Shown here in pieces: positions 1-11,675 of a DNA stretch of 64,000 nt. Made by a program: the position numbers and the translations under genes. Below the pieces are notes generated by a model, which ran no database searches, was not told the origin of the DNA, and was given only the letters and a program-made list of their open reading frames with translations. The DNA lies in contig MU056050.1 of NCBI GenBank assembly GCA_013239625.1, forward strand, positions 1,846,084-1,910,083, read 5' to 3'. This DNA is from Lama guanicoe. Lineage: Eukaryota. Each line of letters opens with the position of its first letter. Within the stretch, counting starts at the first letter, position 1.

Positions 1-389
1 TCGTCCAGTGAAGTTCAGTGACCACTGTTATGAATGTACACATACCTTTCTGCAATCATCTTAGAGAAAATATATATTTCACTTTCCTCTAAACTCCTAT
101 TTACTTACATTAATTGCAAAAAAACACATATTCATCACTAAAAGGTTGAGTTTAGGATTCTACCCATTCTTAACCTGATCCTGGCTAATGAAAATAAAAT
201 GGTGTACTTACAGTTAATGAGCCAATTAATGTTCTAGCAGACACTGTGCCTATCTTTCATTCTTTCATTATGGGCATAAATTGTTGCTAGACACAGAGAT
301 ATGACATTCAGAATCAGCCTTACTCAAAGTTAGCAGAAGTAGTGGAGTGAGGAGGTAGGTTGAGGTTATGATTTCAGGCATAAAGGGGC

Positions 390-1110
390 AAGCTTTGGAT
401 TCCAGCTACAGCTCATGCAAAGAGCTTGGAAATTGTCATCCTTGTCCTTGAAACAACAAAAACTGGACAAACAAAAAGAAATCATCAAGTTCTCTTGGAC
501 CCATGACAGAGCTGAAGTTGCAGAGCATATACCACCCCGAAATCTAGAGAGACAATCACATCCATAATGACATCATCTTTAAAATGTGCTCACCTGGAAC
601 AAAAGCCACTGAACCCCATAAGCTGGTAGGGACACTTAAATGATTATTTTGACGAATTTCTGAACACTAAGTGCAGGAGACCACCTTGAGAATGAGAAAC
701 TCCTGGGGGCTATAGTCTTAGCAAGGCATTCACTCCAGGAATTTATCAGGTTCTCACAGTGAAGATATGAAAAAGAGCTCCTTGTGGCCATGGCTGATAA
801 TTAGTAATAAATAATCAATATAATTTCAGATGTTTTAAAAGAAGTATAAATGATATGCTAAGAGAGGAGATAAAATGAGACCACATAAAATATTTCATTA
901 AAACCAAAGAAGGCAGAAAAAGAAGGTAAAATAGAAATAGAGCAAGTATGAACCTAATAGATCCTATTTGCAAAGACGGTATCTAGAATCCAACTACACA
1001 ATGAATGGTTTAAATATACTGGTTAACAATACAGTGCGGAGTATAGGGAAACTCTGTAATATTCTTGCAAACTTTTTGTATATCTAAAATTATTCTAAAA
1101 TGAAATGCTT
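390..1110 (+). mobile_element. Old, internally deleted L1 (L1M/L1MC-MD type): 5' region, inter-ORF piece and 3' end
   Basis: About 390-790 resembles an old L1M 5' end (aactggacaaac...cttggacccatgacagagctgaagttgcagagc...gaaatctagagagac). About 840-930 matches L1 inter-ORF sequence (gatatgctaagagaggagataaaatg...aaaaccaaagaaggcagaaaaaga). About 1040-1105 is an L1 3' end (gaaactctgtaatattcttgcaaactttttgtatatctaaaattattctaaaat). Confidence 0.6.
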
Positions 1111-2019
1111 ATTATTAAATGTTATTTTTAAAAGGCAAACTTCATCCCAAAATATATCTCTCCAGCCCTACCACAGAGCCTGCAGCGCCAGCATAGAGAG
1201 CCGTCGCCTCTCATTCTTATTCTGTAAAGGAAGCAGCCATGGGTATCATGTTAAGCATTATTGCTGTCTTGATTAACACTTGAGACCGGTGTCCTTTCTC
1301 TCCTCTAGCTAGCTAGGGACGGGCCTGAAGGAGCTAGCTTTTCACTGAGAAGGGAGGGTTACTACGGGGCCGGCATGGCCAGGAAGGCAGAGCTGAGTAG
1401 GGTGCACCAGCAGGGGTTACCAGTCCTGAGGGCCCAGGACCTGTGTTTGTGAAAACTTACAGAATAAACACAGACAACAGGCAAACTGAAGCTGTTCAAA
1501 AGCACAATCATAGACGCTTTGCCTCCCAGACATGTTCCAACTTGTGCCTGGGTTCAGCTTAGCATAGGTGAAATCTCACTTAGCCAAATCAACATACTTG
1601 TGAAAATAGCCAGGGGATGAGGGTGAGACAATCAAATTTTTATCAAGCATATGCTATTTTCTCCTTGGGTTTAATATCACTTCAGAATTGTTTTATATTT
1701 ATATTTCCTAGATCTGCAATGTGCTCTGATCCTCTAACACGAGTTACAAATCTCTCTGCCTCATCCTCTAGTTTCTTTGTCAACTAGTTAAATGTAATTC
1801 TGTAAATAAATAATTACAAGCAGTAGGAAAGCCTCTTATTTAACGGTTCGCCACTGCGACTCCTTCTCCTTAAACCCAGGATTCTTCTGGCTGTCACTCA
1901 CCCCTGCCTTATGCATCTACAGGCCTTGCTTTTCTTAAGCAGAGCATGTCTGTCATCCCATGGGTTTTTCACAGAGGAGTGTTTAACAGGCCGAGCTGGA
2001 CAAAAAGAGAAACAGCTTG

Positions 2020-2225
2020 GTCCAACAGCTCCCACATCTAGATGAGCGTCAGAATCACATGGAAAGCTAGTTAATATACAGATTTCCAGGCCATGCCAAT
2101 CACCTACTGAATCCCTGGAGGTAGGGCCTAGGAAGCAGGATACTAAAAAGCACTACAATTCTAGATTCAATTAAATAAGACCCCCCCCCAGTTCTGATAA
2201 TTAACCAATTTTGACAACACGTTTG
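2020..2225. mobile_element. MER5-like hAT-Charlie DNA transposon fossil
   Basis: tcagaatcacatggaaagctagttaatatacagatttccaggcc...ctactgaatc...gggcctaggaa, typical of MER5A/B. Confidence 0.6.
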
Positions 2226-2854
2226 GTCTAGTCCAAATTCCAACTAAAGGTTACCGGTCGGGACAACAGAGCCACATTGAGCAACTCCATATGGTTGGAA
2301 TTTTTTCTGAGGAACTCAGTAGCATGTTGATAGAGGAGAGCTAAGTAACAAATGGTTATTAGATCCTATTCATTTATGTTCACAATTTTGCTGCCTGGAC
2401 AAGTTTACCATCTATTCTACAACCAATATAAGGAATGTACTTTCCTTTGCTTCAGTTCAAGTAAATTAACCTTCCTAGTCCTTAATTCAGTCTTACCTCA
2501 GCCACTAGAAACCACTCTAGAATCATCCCATTTCTTCACCTTAGTCTGCCAGACAACATGGGGTCAGTACTAGAATTTAAATGCCAATTCATAATTCAAT
2601 GGCTATACACAGAAACATTCACAAGGAAGCTTTAGGTGCTTACCTAAAATTTTCCAGGGTAGAGGATCTCTAAATTGGCTTGGGCAAATGCCCAAGAGGC
2701 CAAATTACCAGGCAAAGTATGATAGTACCTGAGCCATAGCAATCTTTTCACTCTCAGTCAGAAGAGTTCCAAGAGTACTTCCTCTACCCTTTACAACCAT
2801 CTCTTAATATAACTTCCAAATATAGACCTTAGAGCTTTATTTTCTGAGATATGC

Positions 2855-2970
2855 ACTGCACTTAGAAGTCAGGAGACACCCAGTTAAGTGATGTTAGATA
2901 AATCATTTTTTCCCTCTGAATCTTAGTTTTCACATCTATGAAATAAACGAATTAAACTGAACAAGCTTTT
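2855..2970 (+). mobile_element. MIR SINE fragment
   Basis: gcactgcacttagaagtcaggagac...ctctgaatcttagttttcacatctatgaaat (MIR core). Confidence 0.6.
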
Positions 2971-3508
2971 AGAATTACAACTCTTAACTTTCACTTGAAC
3001 CAAGTAGGGTTATTTCTAATATTGGTTCTGGACTTCTCAAGTCCCTAGTTATGTGTAAGGAATCAGAAAAGGAACTCCAAGAGTTACTGCTTGGTACTAA
3101 ATTCAGCCTCAAAGAACTTCCAACTTTTCATCCCAGCTCACCTTGCACTGGACCCACCATCACAACCAGTGAGCTACCCAGACACAAGGTAAGAAAGCCA
3201 GAGAAAATCGTCTGTTAACATTGCTACTCATAGCCTAAGAGGGCCTGTCAGGAAACCCTCGATTTTTAACATAATTAAGTTTCATGAATGCCAAAGGAAA
3301 TGGTATAAAAGTTATTATCTCAATCCAAAATCCCCAAAGTGAGATAAAATCCTAAGAGTCTTTCAATTGGGACAAAGTTTGTTCAATTTTAGCACCTGAT
3401 GGTAGCAATAAAGACAGAGCCTCATGCCTACTGTCTGGTCTTTTAAATTGGAAAGACCAAATTAATATGGTCAGTGGTCAGTAAGCTCACTCAAACTCCA
3501 TGGAAGGA

Positions 3509-3580
3509 TCTCTCTTGCTCTCGCTCTGGCTCTCTCCCTCTCTCTCATTCTCTCCCTCTCTCTCATTCTCTCCCTCCCTT
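3509..3580. repeat. (TC)n-rich simple repeat with duplicated 18-bp unit ctctccctctctctcatt
   Basis: Directly visible pyrimidine repeat. Confidence 0.85.
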
Positions 3581-4764
3581 GTTTGGGTCCTCATTCTACA
3601 TTGTCTCAGTCGAATGATTTCTTTCCTTTCCAGGTCTTCTTTGGTGCCAGTTTCCCAGTTATCTTCTTACTGGGGTTATCATTTCTACTGAAACAATCCA
3701 CAGGCACAGATTTCTATTTGGTTTTGGAATAGTAATTTTTTCCTTTCTTTCTTCTCTTTTTCTTTTTCTGGTGTGGGTTAGCAGGAGGAAGCAAGGGTAT
3801 TATTTTGGTCCCAAAAGCACAGCTCAAGTTTCTCACACTATAAAGCTAACCAGCTTCATAAAACATCACGACAACATCCTCACCTCTTCTACTGAAAGCC
3901 TATAAATAATAGAAGAGGCCATGGGAAGCCCATCCCCCCACCCTAAAGCATAAAGTAGCCTTTTATAGTACTGTTTCCAGAGGTTAGGACCCGCACCCAA
4001 ATATATCACACTACTGAATGACACAGTTAGATTGAAGAGACATGGTTTGATGGGTGGTGATGCAAACAACCATCATAGCACACTGTCCTTTACCTGAAAA
4101 AGGGATTTCCCATCACCAAATGAGGCTGTCTTTCCAGGAGCTATAAAGTCTCTGACCACCCACAGTGTCAGCACAAATTCACCATACTTATATTACCAAA
4201 ATGAATGGGCCTTTTTTCACTATTTGGGTCATCATTGCCACAACTATAAAAGTCAGCCAAAAACTGCAGTACTTAATGTTCTGCTAGTTCTAATGCATAT
4301 CCAAAAGGCTAATGGGCCCTAGATGGGTGGGAGGGAGATGGAATGACCTTGAAAATAAAGTTTTCTCAGGTGCAGGTCTCCCCATACTCTAGAACTTATC
4401 TGTGTTCTAAGTATCCAGATTAAAGGGCACAATCTGAAATAGGAAATGGATACCCTGTGGAAGATACCTCAATTCTCAAACCAGTTGGATAAGACGTGAA
4501 TTAACTGACATAATCACTTATTCAAGCCCCTGTCCATAAAGACTTCCAATCTTCTATACTGGGATCATTTAGTCCCATGTTTCAGCCTCAGTGCTGTTTC
4601 AGCCTCTGGAATCAATCAGAACCCTAGTCAAGGAGCATTTATAAATTCATTATCAGTATCCCTTGCTGCTGACCCTCCTCTGACATAAACTGGTTTTTTA
4701 AAACTGGTTGCTTATGATAAAGTCCTGTCATACTTTCTTGTTCCAATAACTGGGCCCTTTTTAT

Positions 4765-5095
4765 ATGTATATGTGCTTGGTGTGTTTGAGGAACAACAAG
4801 GAGGCCAGTGTGGCTGAAGGGATGAACTAAGTGGGGAGTAGTAAAGGGATGAGATAAGGAACTAGAAGCCCAATCAAAGGCCATTGTGAGGACTTTGGAT
4901 TTTGCTGTAAGTGAGAAGGGAAGACAGGGGGTTTTGAGCAGAGATGTCACAGTTGACTTATATTTTAACAATATCACTCTGGCTGCTCCATGACTAGAAG
5001 ATTGAAGGGGGAAAAAGGAGAAGCCAGGAGGCCAGTAAGAAGATTATTACTCTAGTCCAGGACAGAGGGAACAGTGGCTCAGACAAGGGAGAGAG
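4765..5095 (-). mobile_element. L2 LINE fragment
   Basis: gtgtttgaggaacaacaaggaggccagtgtggctg...gactttggatttt...atcactctggctgct: standard L2 3'-region motifs in antisense. Confidence 0.8.
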
Positions 5096-5489
5096 AACTT
5101 CAGGAAGGTTGTCAAAGGTTGTTCCCTTTGCCAATTAGCACATCCCTGAGCCTGTCTTTGCTGACCTTGCAGCTGCTTAGATTTAGAGAACCCATCCTCT
5201 TTGCTGCTTTCTTTCAGCCCGACCAATTAGCTATGTCATCTCCTTGTCAATCCAGCCTCAGGCCAGGATTGGCAGCTGTTCTGTTTCTGGAGACTGATAA
5301 ATATGCTGCAGTGGCCCCTTTTCAGCCAAGAAACTAGAAATGAACATGCCTTCATACCAGAGACACCAACCCAGGAGACATTAGATTGGCCACGGAAACT
5401 CAAGAAGCCACCTTCAGTTCCTCAGCACAGCTGAGTGTCCTTGCCTTCAGTATCCCTGAGCAGAAATGCTGCACTATTTGATATTGTTT

Positions 5490-6080
5490 TGAGTGTTTGT
5501 TATGTAGCAAAGCATTGTGCAGAATTCTCTACATGGATTATTTCATTGAAACATTTCAACAAACCTATGAGACAGAGTCTCTTATTACTGACTTGTGATG
5601 GTTAGTTTTATGTGTTGGTCTGACTAGGCTCCAGTACCCAGTTATTCAATCAAACACTAATCTAGGTGTTCCTGTGAAGGTATTTTGTAGATGTGGTTAA
5701 CATACACAATCAGCTGACTTTAACTAAAGGAGGTTTGGGTCTCATCCAATCAGTTGGATGGCCTTAAAAGCAAAATGGAGTTTTCCCAGAGAAGAAAAAA
5801 ATTCTGCCTCAAGACTGCAGCATCAACTCCTGCCTGAATTTCCAGCCTGCCAGCCTGTTCTACAGATTTCAGACGTGTCAGCCCCCACAATCAAGTGAGC
5901 TGATTCCTTGAAATATATATATATCCAACTGGTTCTGTTTCTCTGGAGAACACTGACTGATAGACCACTTTGACAGATGAATAATGAGATTCAAAGTAGT
6001 GAAGCAAGTTGCTCAAGGTCACAACAGCTACTAAGTGTAGAGGATTGGATGCAAGTACACTGACTCCAAACCACATAGCC
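5490..6080 (-). mobile_element. MIR SINE split by an MLT2 LTR (pieces ~5490-5593 and ~5965-6080)
   Basis: caacaaacctatgag...cttattact then ttgacagatgaataatgagattcaaagtagtgaagcaagttgctcaaggtcac. Confidence 0.7.
5594..5964 (+). mobile_element. MLT2 (ERVL) solo LTR, MLT2C/D-like
   Basis: Starts tgtgatggttagttttatgtg; contains cccagttattcaatcaaacactaatctaggtgtt; ends ggttctgtttctctggagaacactgactgata. Confidence 0.85.
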
Positions 6081-6214
6081 CATCCTCTGCTTCCTCTAAA
6101 ATGTCTGAATCCATTTTTTAAAAATTGTCTGATCCTAAGAAATCTAATAGGAGTACTTCAAGGGTCTGTTTACTTTTTGTAACATTAATAGCTTATTATT
6201 ATTATTATATACTG

Positions 6215-6440
6215 ATATTATTATTATAGCTAATATTTACCAAGTCATTCCTGTATACCAAGCATTGTGATGAGCATTTTGCATGCATTATTTATCTTGT
6301 GTAATCCTCACAACAACCCTATAAGGTAGTTAACATTACCATCACTTTATAGATGGTAAATATGAAGATCAGAGATGTTAAATAACTTGTCCAAAGTTAC
6401 ACAGCTAGTAAAAGACAGAGTTGGGATTCACTGTCATTGC
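6215..6440 (-). mobile_element. MIR SINE, near full length
   Basis: atagctaatatttacc...aatcctcacaacaaccctataaggtag...aacttgtccaaagttacacagctagtaa. Confidence 0.85.
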
Positions 6441-6769
6441 TCTGGCCTGACTTCTCCTCAACTAGTGTGAGTAGAACCAGTGATTACCCAGCCTGAAACT
6501 CTAAGGAGCTATTGTTAACCCACTGAGGCAGTTAATTATTTGCCCTATAGGATCATGTCTCTACTTGCTTAGGGTTCTTGGCTCCTGGCCCATTTCCAGA
6601 ATTAGTTAAACTTCCAGAACAGTCCCTTAAAGTACTGGGTCTGTCATTTCTACTCTGGATTAAGCAGCTATCATTACTGGGCCCTGTCCTAGGTAGGCAC
6701 AATTTCTGAAGTCAATGGCTTTCATCAAGAGGCATTAAGGAATAGAGAGGCTAAGTCTTCTGACTCCAT

Positions 6770-6965
6770 AGAATAAGCTTTGAAGTCAAAACACTTAGGT
6801 TCCAATCTCTGCTCTGTGACCTTGAGCCCATCAGCTAACTTCTCTGAACCTTAGTTCTTCCATCTATGAAATGAAAATGATATTGCTATGGGATTGTTTT
6901 GAGGATTAAAAAGGTAACATGAGGAAAACATTAGACCAGAGTATAGGCTCACTGAATGTAAGCTG
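6770..6965 (+). mobile_element. MIR SINE
   Basis: ctttgaagtcaaa...tctgtgaccttgag...tctctgaaccttagttcttccatctatgaaatg...gaggattaaa. Confidence 0.8.
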
Positions 6966-7334
6966 TATCTACAACCAGTTATAGAAACTTTAGCCCTGGC
7001 AGTTGGGGCTCTAAGCTAGCTGAGCACCTAAGCAAGCACCCTGGAAGCTCTGACCGGGCTCCAGAATGGAATGAACTGCTTAAGCACAAACACCACCACG
7101 TCTGTATAATTCACTGGGTACATCTTGTGCTCAGTAAGTGGTATTTTCAAGCCAAATCGGCCCAAAACAGAGTTAGAGAAAAAAACAATGATGTGTTCTG
7201 TCCAGCATGCCAGTATTACTAGTATAGTGTAGTTAGAGAGACCATTCCACCATTAGTTCAATTCAACTCTCAATCAGCTCCTCGTCTAATGGATTCATGG
7301 GTGTGGGAGAGTAAGAATAGAGAGACAAGAGTAT

Positions 7335-7555
7335 TTACTTAGCTAGTACTTATGTGGCACTTATTTTATGCAGGTACTCTTTTAACCACTTATTAAAATC
7401 TCATATCAACCCAATGAAGTGGTTAATATTATTACTATTACTATCTTACAGAGGTGGAAACTGAGACATAGCAACACAGAGTAACTCATCCAAAGTTACA
7501 CTGCTAATAAATGGCAGATCCAGGATTTGAACATACCCGACTATACTACTGTGCT
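7335..7555 (-). mobile_element. MIR SINE
   Basis: cttacagaggtggaaactgagacatag...ccaaagttacactgctaataaatggcagatccaggatttgaac. Confidence 0.8.
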
Positions 7556-7767
7556 CCAAGTCTTCCTTGTTACTGATGGGGACACCTCCTGGGGATGACT
7601 GGGAGAGCCCCAAAAGGTTCCAGAAACTCTAGAGGATTGTTTCATGTCAATATTCTCTAAAAAGTGGGCAAATTCTCTGATCACAAAGCACAGGATAACC
7701 AGAAAATCAAATAATGAATTTTGGTGTACCCACCCATAGAATAGGCAAAAATATGTGAGTTTGTCTC

Positions 7768-8310
7768 TGAATTAGTTATCTTTTGCTGCATTAATATTTG
7801 CCCCCAAATTCAGAAGCTTAAAATAGAAAACATTTATTAACTCACAGTTTCTGTAGGTGCCTCTGGCTCAAGGTCTTTTATGAGGTCACAGTCAAACTGT
7901 CAGCCAAGGTTGCAGTCTTATCTGAAGACTTAGCTAAGGCAAGATCTGCTTCTGAGCTCATTCATGTGGTTGTTGGCAGGATTCAGCTCCTCACAAACTA
8001 TTGGTTAGAGGGCTCAACTCCTCACTGGATGTTTACCTCAGTTCCTTCCTAGGCCTCTCCCATAGGGTAACTCACAACATGGCAGCTGGCTTCCCTCAGG
8101 GTGAGTAAACAGAGAGATAGAGGAAGCTGCCAAGATAGAAGGCATCATATTTTTATGACCTAATCTAGGAAGTAACATCCCTTTACTTCTGACATGTTCT
8201 ACAAAGAGAGTCAATAATTTCAGCTTATACTGAAAGAAGGAAGATTACACGGGACATGAATATCATGAGTTGGGGACCCTTGGGGGCCATCTTAGACGCT
8301 CTCTAGCACA
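7768..8310 (-). mobile_element. MLT1 (MaLR) solo LTR, MLT1F/G-like
   Basis: ttagttatcttttgctgc...catttattaactcacagtttctgtagg...ctcattcatgtggttgttggcagg...gggggccatcttaga. Confidence 0.8.
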
Positions 8311-10519
8311 GTCTCTAACATCATGCAAAGGCAGGAAACTCTGAATCAGCTCTCCCAGTAGATCATTAGTCTGGCTTGTTGCCCTCAGGTACTGGAGTAT
8401 CCTGCATCATTGAATTCAGAAGAAATCCTTGTACTGAGAATCTGACACTAAATCTAATAATACAAGCTACATTAAGATTTTACTTGAACTTCTATGATTT
8501 TCATTAGTTTCATTTGCACCCTTATTTCTAGTTTTTGCCAGACAGGCTTTTTAAAAGTGCTAAAAAACTAGACTGTTCCTTCCTTAACTTGTCACCATTT
8601 CTGTTTCATCCTTCAAAAGACATCTCTTAAGAAAAAAAAAAAAAGATACCTCTTGACTCAGCTCCAGGAAGACTTCCCTAATGACTCTTGCCTGGCATAA
8701 GGGGATTTTCTTGCCTGAGACCCAAGTCAGTTCCTTTAAAACATGAATATAGGCAAATAACATTAGGTTATGTATAGAACTTGGAATAGACAAGATTGAT
8801 GACACTTTTTCCCTGCCTCACAGAAGCAGGTATATCCACAAGCCTCTAAGCATTTATTATGTATAATTAACACTTGCCAAAACAAGGTTACACTCACTGG
8901 CAAAAACAACAAAGTGGGATGGGTTCTCTCCTAAGACAAGCACTTTCTTCAGTATTTCTTGCTTATTGTTATCAATATTTCCAATTTTCTGGACTCTGCA
9001 TCTACATGGATCTGTATAACTCTTCCTTCCTGTCTTAGTTAGCTCAACAAGTATCACCCTCTGAGCTGCTTAGCTGGCTGACACCACTGCCTTTGGTTAA
9101 CTAAGCTTGCCTATCAGCAATGTCAACTGATTTTTCTTAGTTTGTTCCTTCAGGCTGCAACTTTTTGCTGATTCCACTTTATCTAACCAAACCACAAGTT
9201 CTGATTCCTCCTGGCCATCCTCTATCTTGCTGCCACTTATTCCATATTGTAAAAACAATCCTCTTTCACCTTGAGCAAATTCTCTGCCTCTATCAGGAAA
9301 CCAACGCCTTTAGGCACAGACTCCTTGTTACAACCTCACCCAAGCGTACCCTGTCTAGGCTCTGAATCAAACTTGAAAATATTATTTCCAATTCCCTACA
9401 TTTACCATCAAATTTACCTGTTTCCTGGCCAGTGCCTTCAGCAGTCTCTACCTCATAAACTAACTCATGTTGAGTTGTTGATCACTGGGAATACCTTGAT
9501 GAATTACCCTATACAGAAGGATTCCCACTTTAGTTACTGAAGGAAAAAAAAGCCAGAGCACAAAGTGACAGTTACAGTAGGATTTCTGGCACTCTGGCAG
9601 AAGAGTAGAATTATTAATTGGAATAAAAGGACATAATAGTGGTACCCTTCAAGTTACACTCCAAGTGCCCTCCAGCTCCACTTATGCAAAGGGAAAGTCC
9701 TTTATAGAATATATATAAGGTAGAAATAAATTGCTCTAAAAAAGTATCCCATCACATTAATCTGTTGAAGCTGTTTTTAACCTACATACCTCTATTTGGA
9801 TATATCCTTAGAAAACCAGGAGTTTCTCCAAAAGTCTTCAGTTTCTTTGGAAAAAAATGGACAATAGCATATTGCATGAAAATGTGTATGACTTTACCAA
9901 TTTTCCAGACCAACATCTTCTGACTGCTTCCCCTTTTAGACCTTTGAAAGCATAATTACTGCCAGCTATCTAGTTCCTATGGCACATAAGATTACTCAAA
10001 AGAATCCTAAGTATTCCATCATCTCCACTGTAGAGAAAAATCAGGCACCATTTTTATATAGCAATGTTTCCAAGGTGCAATGTGTTCCAAGTTATGAAAA
10101 ATTTCTTGATAAATGAACTTTTGGAAGTCAACTCGTTTGCAAGTTAAGAACTGCTTATGTTATGTGCGTGGCATTTTCCCAGGTTTTTAAACACTATGCT
10201 AGAGAAAAGCCTGTGGTTCTTGGCTAATCGGAAGAAATCCAAATCTTTTCCATGGTGATATGCACTTAATCTCACCAACATACAGTGCAAGACATAGACC
10301 ACCAACTCCCAGATTGGGAATAAAGACATTTGGCACATTACAAAAATATCCTCAGTTGGTCAAGGTGTATTGAATTGTCTCAGTCTCTCTTGCTTCTCAC
10401 ATGTACACACTCCCAGAGGACCAAATCTACCTGAAAATTACAAACAAATATCATTCCTTTTCTAAGAAAAGAAAGAAATAAAACCAAAGCCCAAATTAAA
10501 GATTTGGTCAGAGACCACT

Positions 10520-11335
10520 TATAGGTGATGTCTTAACACCACACAAATTGATCCCCATTTCTTCTCCTTGGTGCCTGGAAGACAGAGTCTGAGCTCCTCA
10601 GCCTGTTTTACATGGCCCTTCACAGTCGGGCCCAGTTTAAGTTTCCAGGTTCTTCTCTCTTTCTTCCTACACATAAATCCTCTGTAACAGTCAGATGTCT
10701 CCTTCATTGGCCCCTGAACATCAGTTCCCATGTGCCTTTGCTTGCATCATCTCCACTGCCTGATTGTCTCAAATTGCTTCTCTTTCCTGACAGGAAGAAG
10801 TCTGGCATATTGAAAAGAGAATGAGTTGCGGAGTGTGAAAAGCCAAGTGTTCAGATCCTGGCTCTGCCATTTAATAGTCAAGTGCCTTTAGGCAAAGTTT
10901 CTTAGTTTCTTTAAACCTCAGTTCTCTTACCTGGAAAGCGACAATGATAATTTTGCCTAACCTGTAGGAATGCTATGTGGGTTACATGGGATAAAGCATA
11001 TAAGGCACTTAGCCCATACTGAGTCTCCAACAAAGAGAAGAAATCATCATCATTATTATCCTTTGTCATTTTTTAAGTCATAGCTCATAGCTCAACCACC
11101 AGCCAAGCCCACAGGGATATTTACTTTCTCTGAGCCCTAGTATCTTAGTGCATGTATATCACATGCCTGGTGCTTTAATATTATTAACTTTATTGTAGGT
11201 GCAAATATTGTATCTACCCAAGTATGCTGAAAGCTCATTTAGGGATAGGATTATATCAATGCTCTTTGTAGTCTCCCAGATAATCTTTTACACAGAGGTA
11301 AAATGCCCAAAATATCTGTTGATTATCTAAGATTG
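10520..11335 (+). mobile_element. Degraded L2 3' fragments interrupted by a MIR (~10800-11050)
   Basis: L2-like cagagtctgagctcctcagcctg...tgtgcctttgc; MIR core cctggctctgccatttaatag...cctcagttctcttacc; L2 tail aaatatctgttgat. Confidence 0.55.
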
Positions 11336-11464
11336 CAGATGCAGAATCAGTAAGCACTGATTGGCAGGATGATGACATAGGGCTTGAAGGATAATAAAAT
11401 TGAATACTAATGCTGCTTGCAGTTAACATTTTATCAAACACTTACAGTTACTAAAAACCATATA

Positions 11465-11675
11465 TAATAAGTATTTACTATATGGCAGACACTCTGCCAG
11501 GCACTTGACAGATATTTCATTTCATTCTCATAACAACACAGTGATGTAGGTATTATTTGCTCCATTTTACCGAGTCTCACAGAAGTTATGGAACTTTTCT
11601 GGGATTACACAGCTTGTAAGTGGAGGAGTCAGGATCTAGATCGTTTGACTACAGATTCTAACTTCTAAACCAATA
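11465..11675 (-). mobile_element. MIR SINE
   Basis: cattctcataacaacacagtgatgtaggtattatttgctccattttac...acacagcttgtaagtggaggagtcaggat. Confidence 0.75.

Noticed and set aside
3120..3195. Strong donor-like CAAG|GTAAGA near 3188
   Set aside because: No convincing acceptor or promoter context; such sites occur by chance.
4578..4606. Direct repeat tgtttcagcctc x2
   Set aside because: Two copies only; an ordinary micro-duplication, not an array.
6215..7555. Alternating-orientation MIRs as dsRNA formers
   Set aside because: Too diverged for stable pairing; expected at this MIR density.
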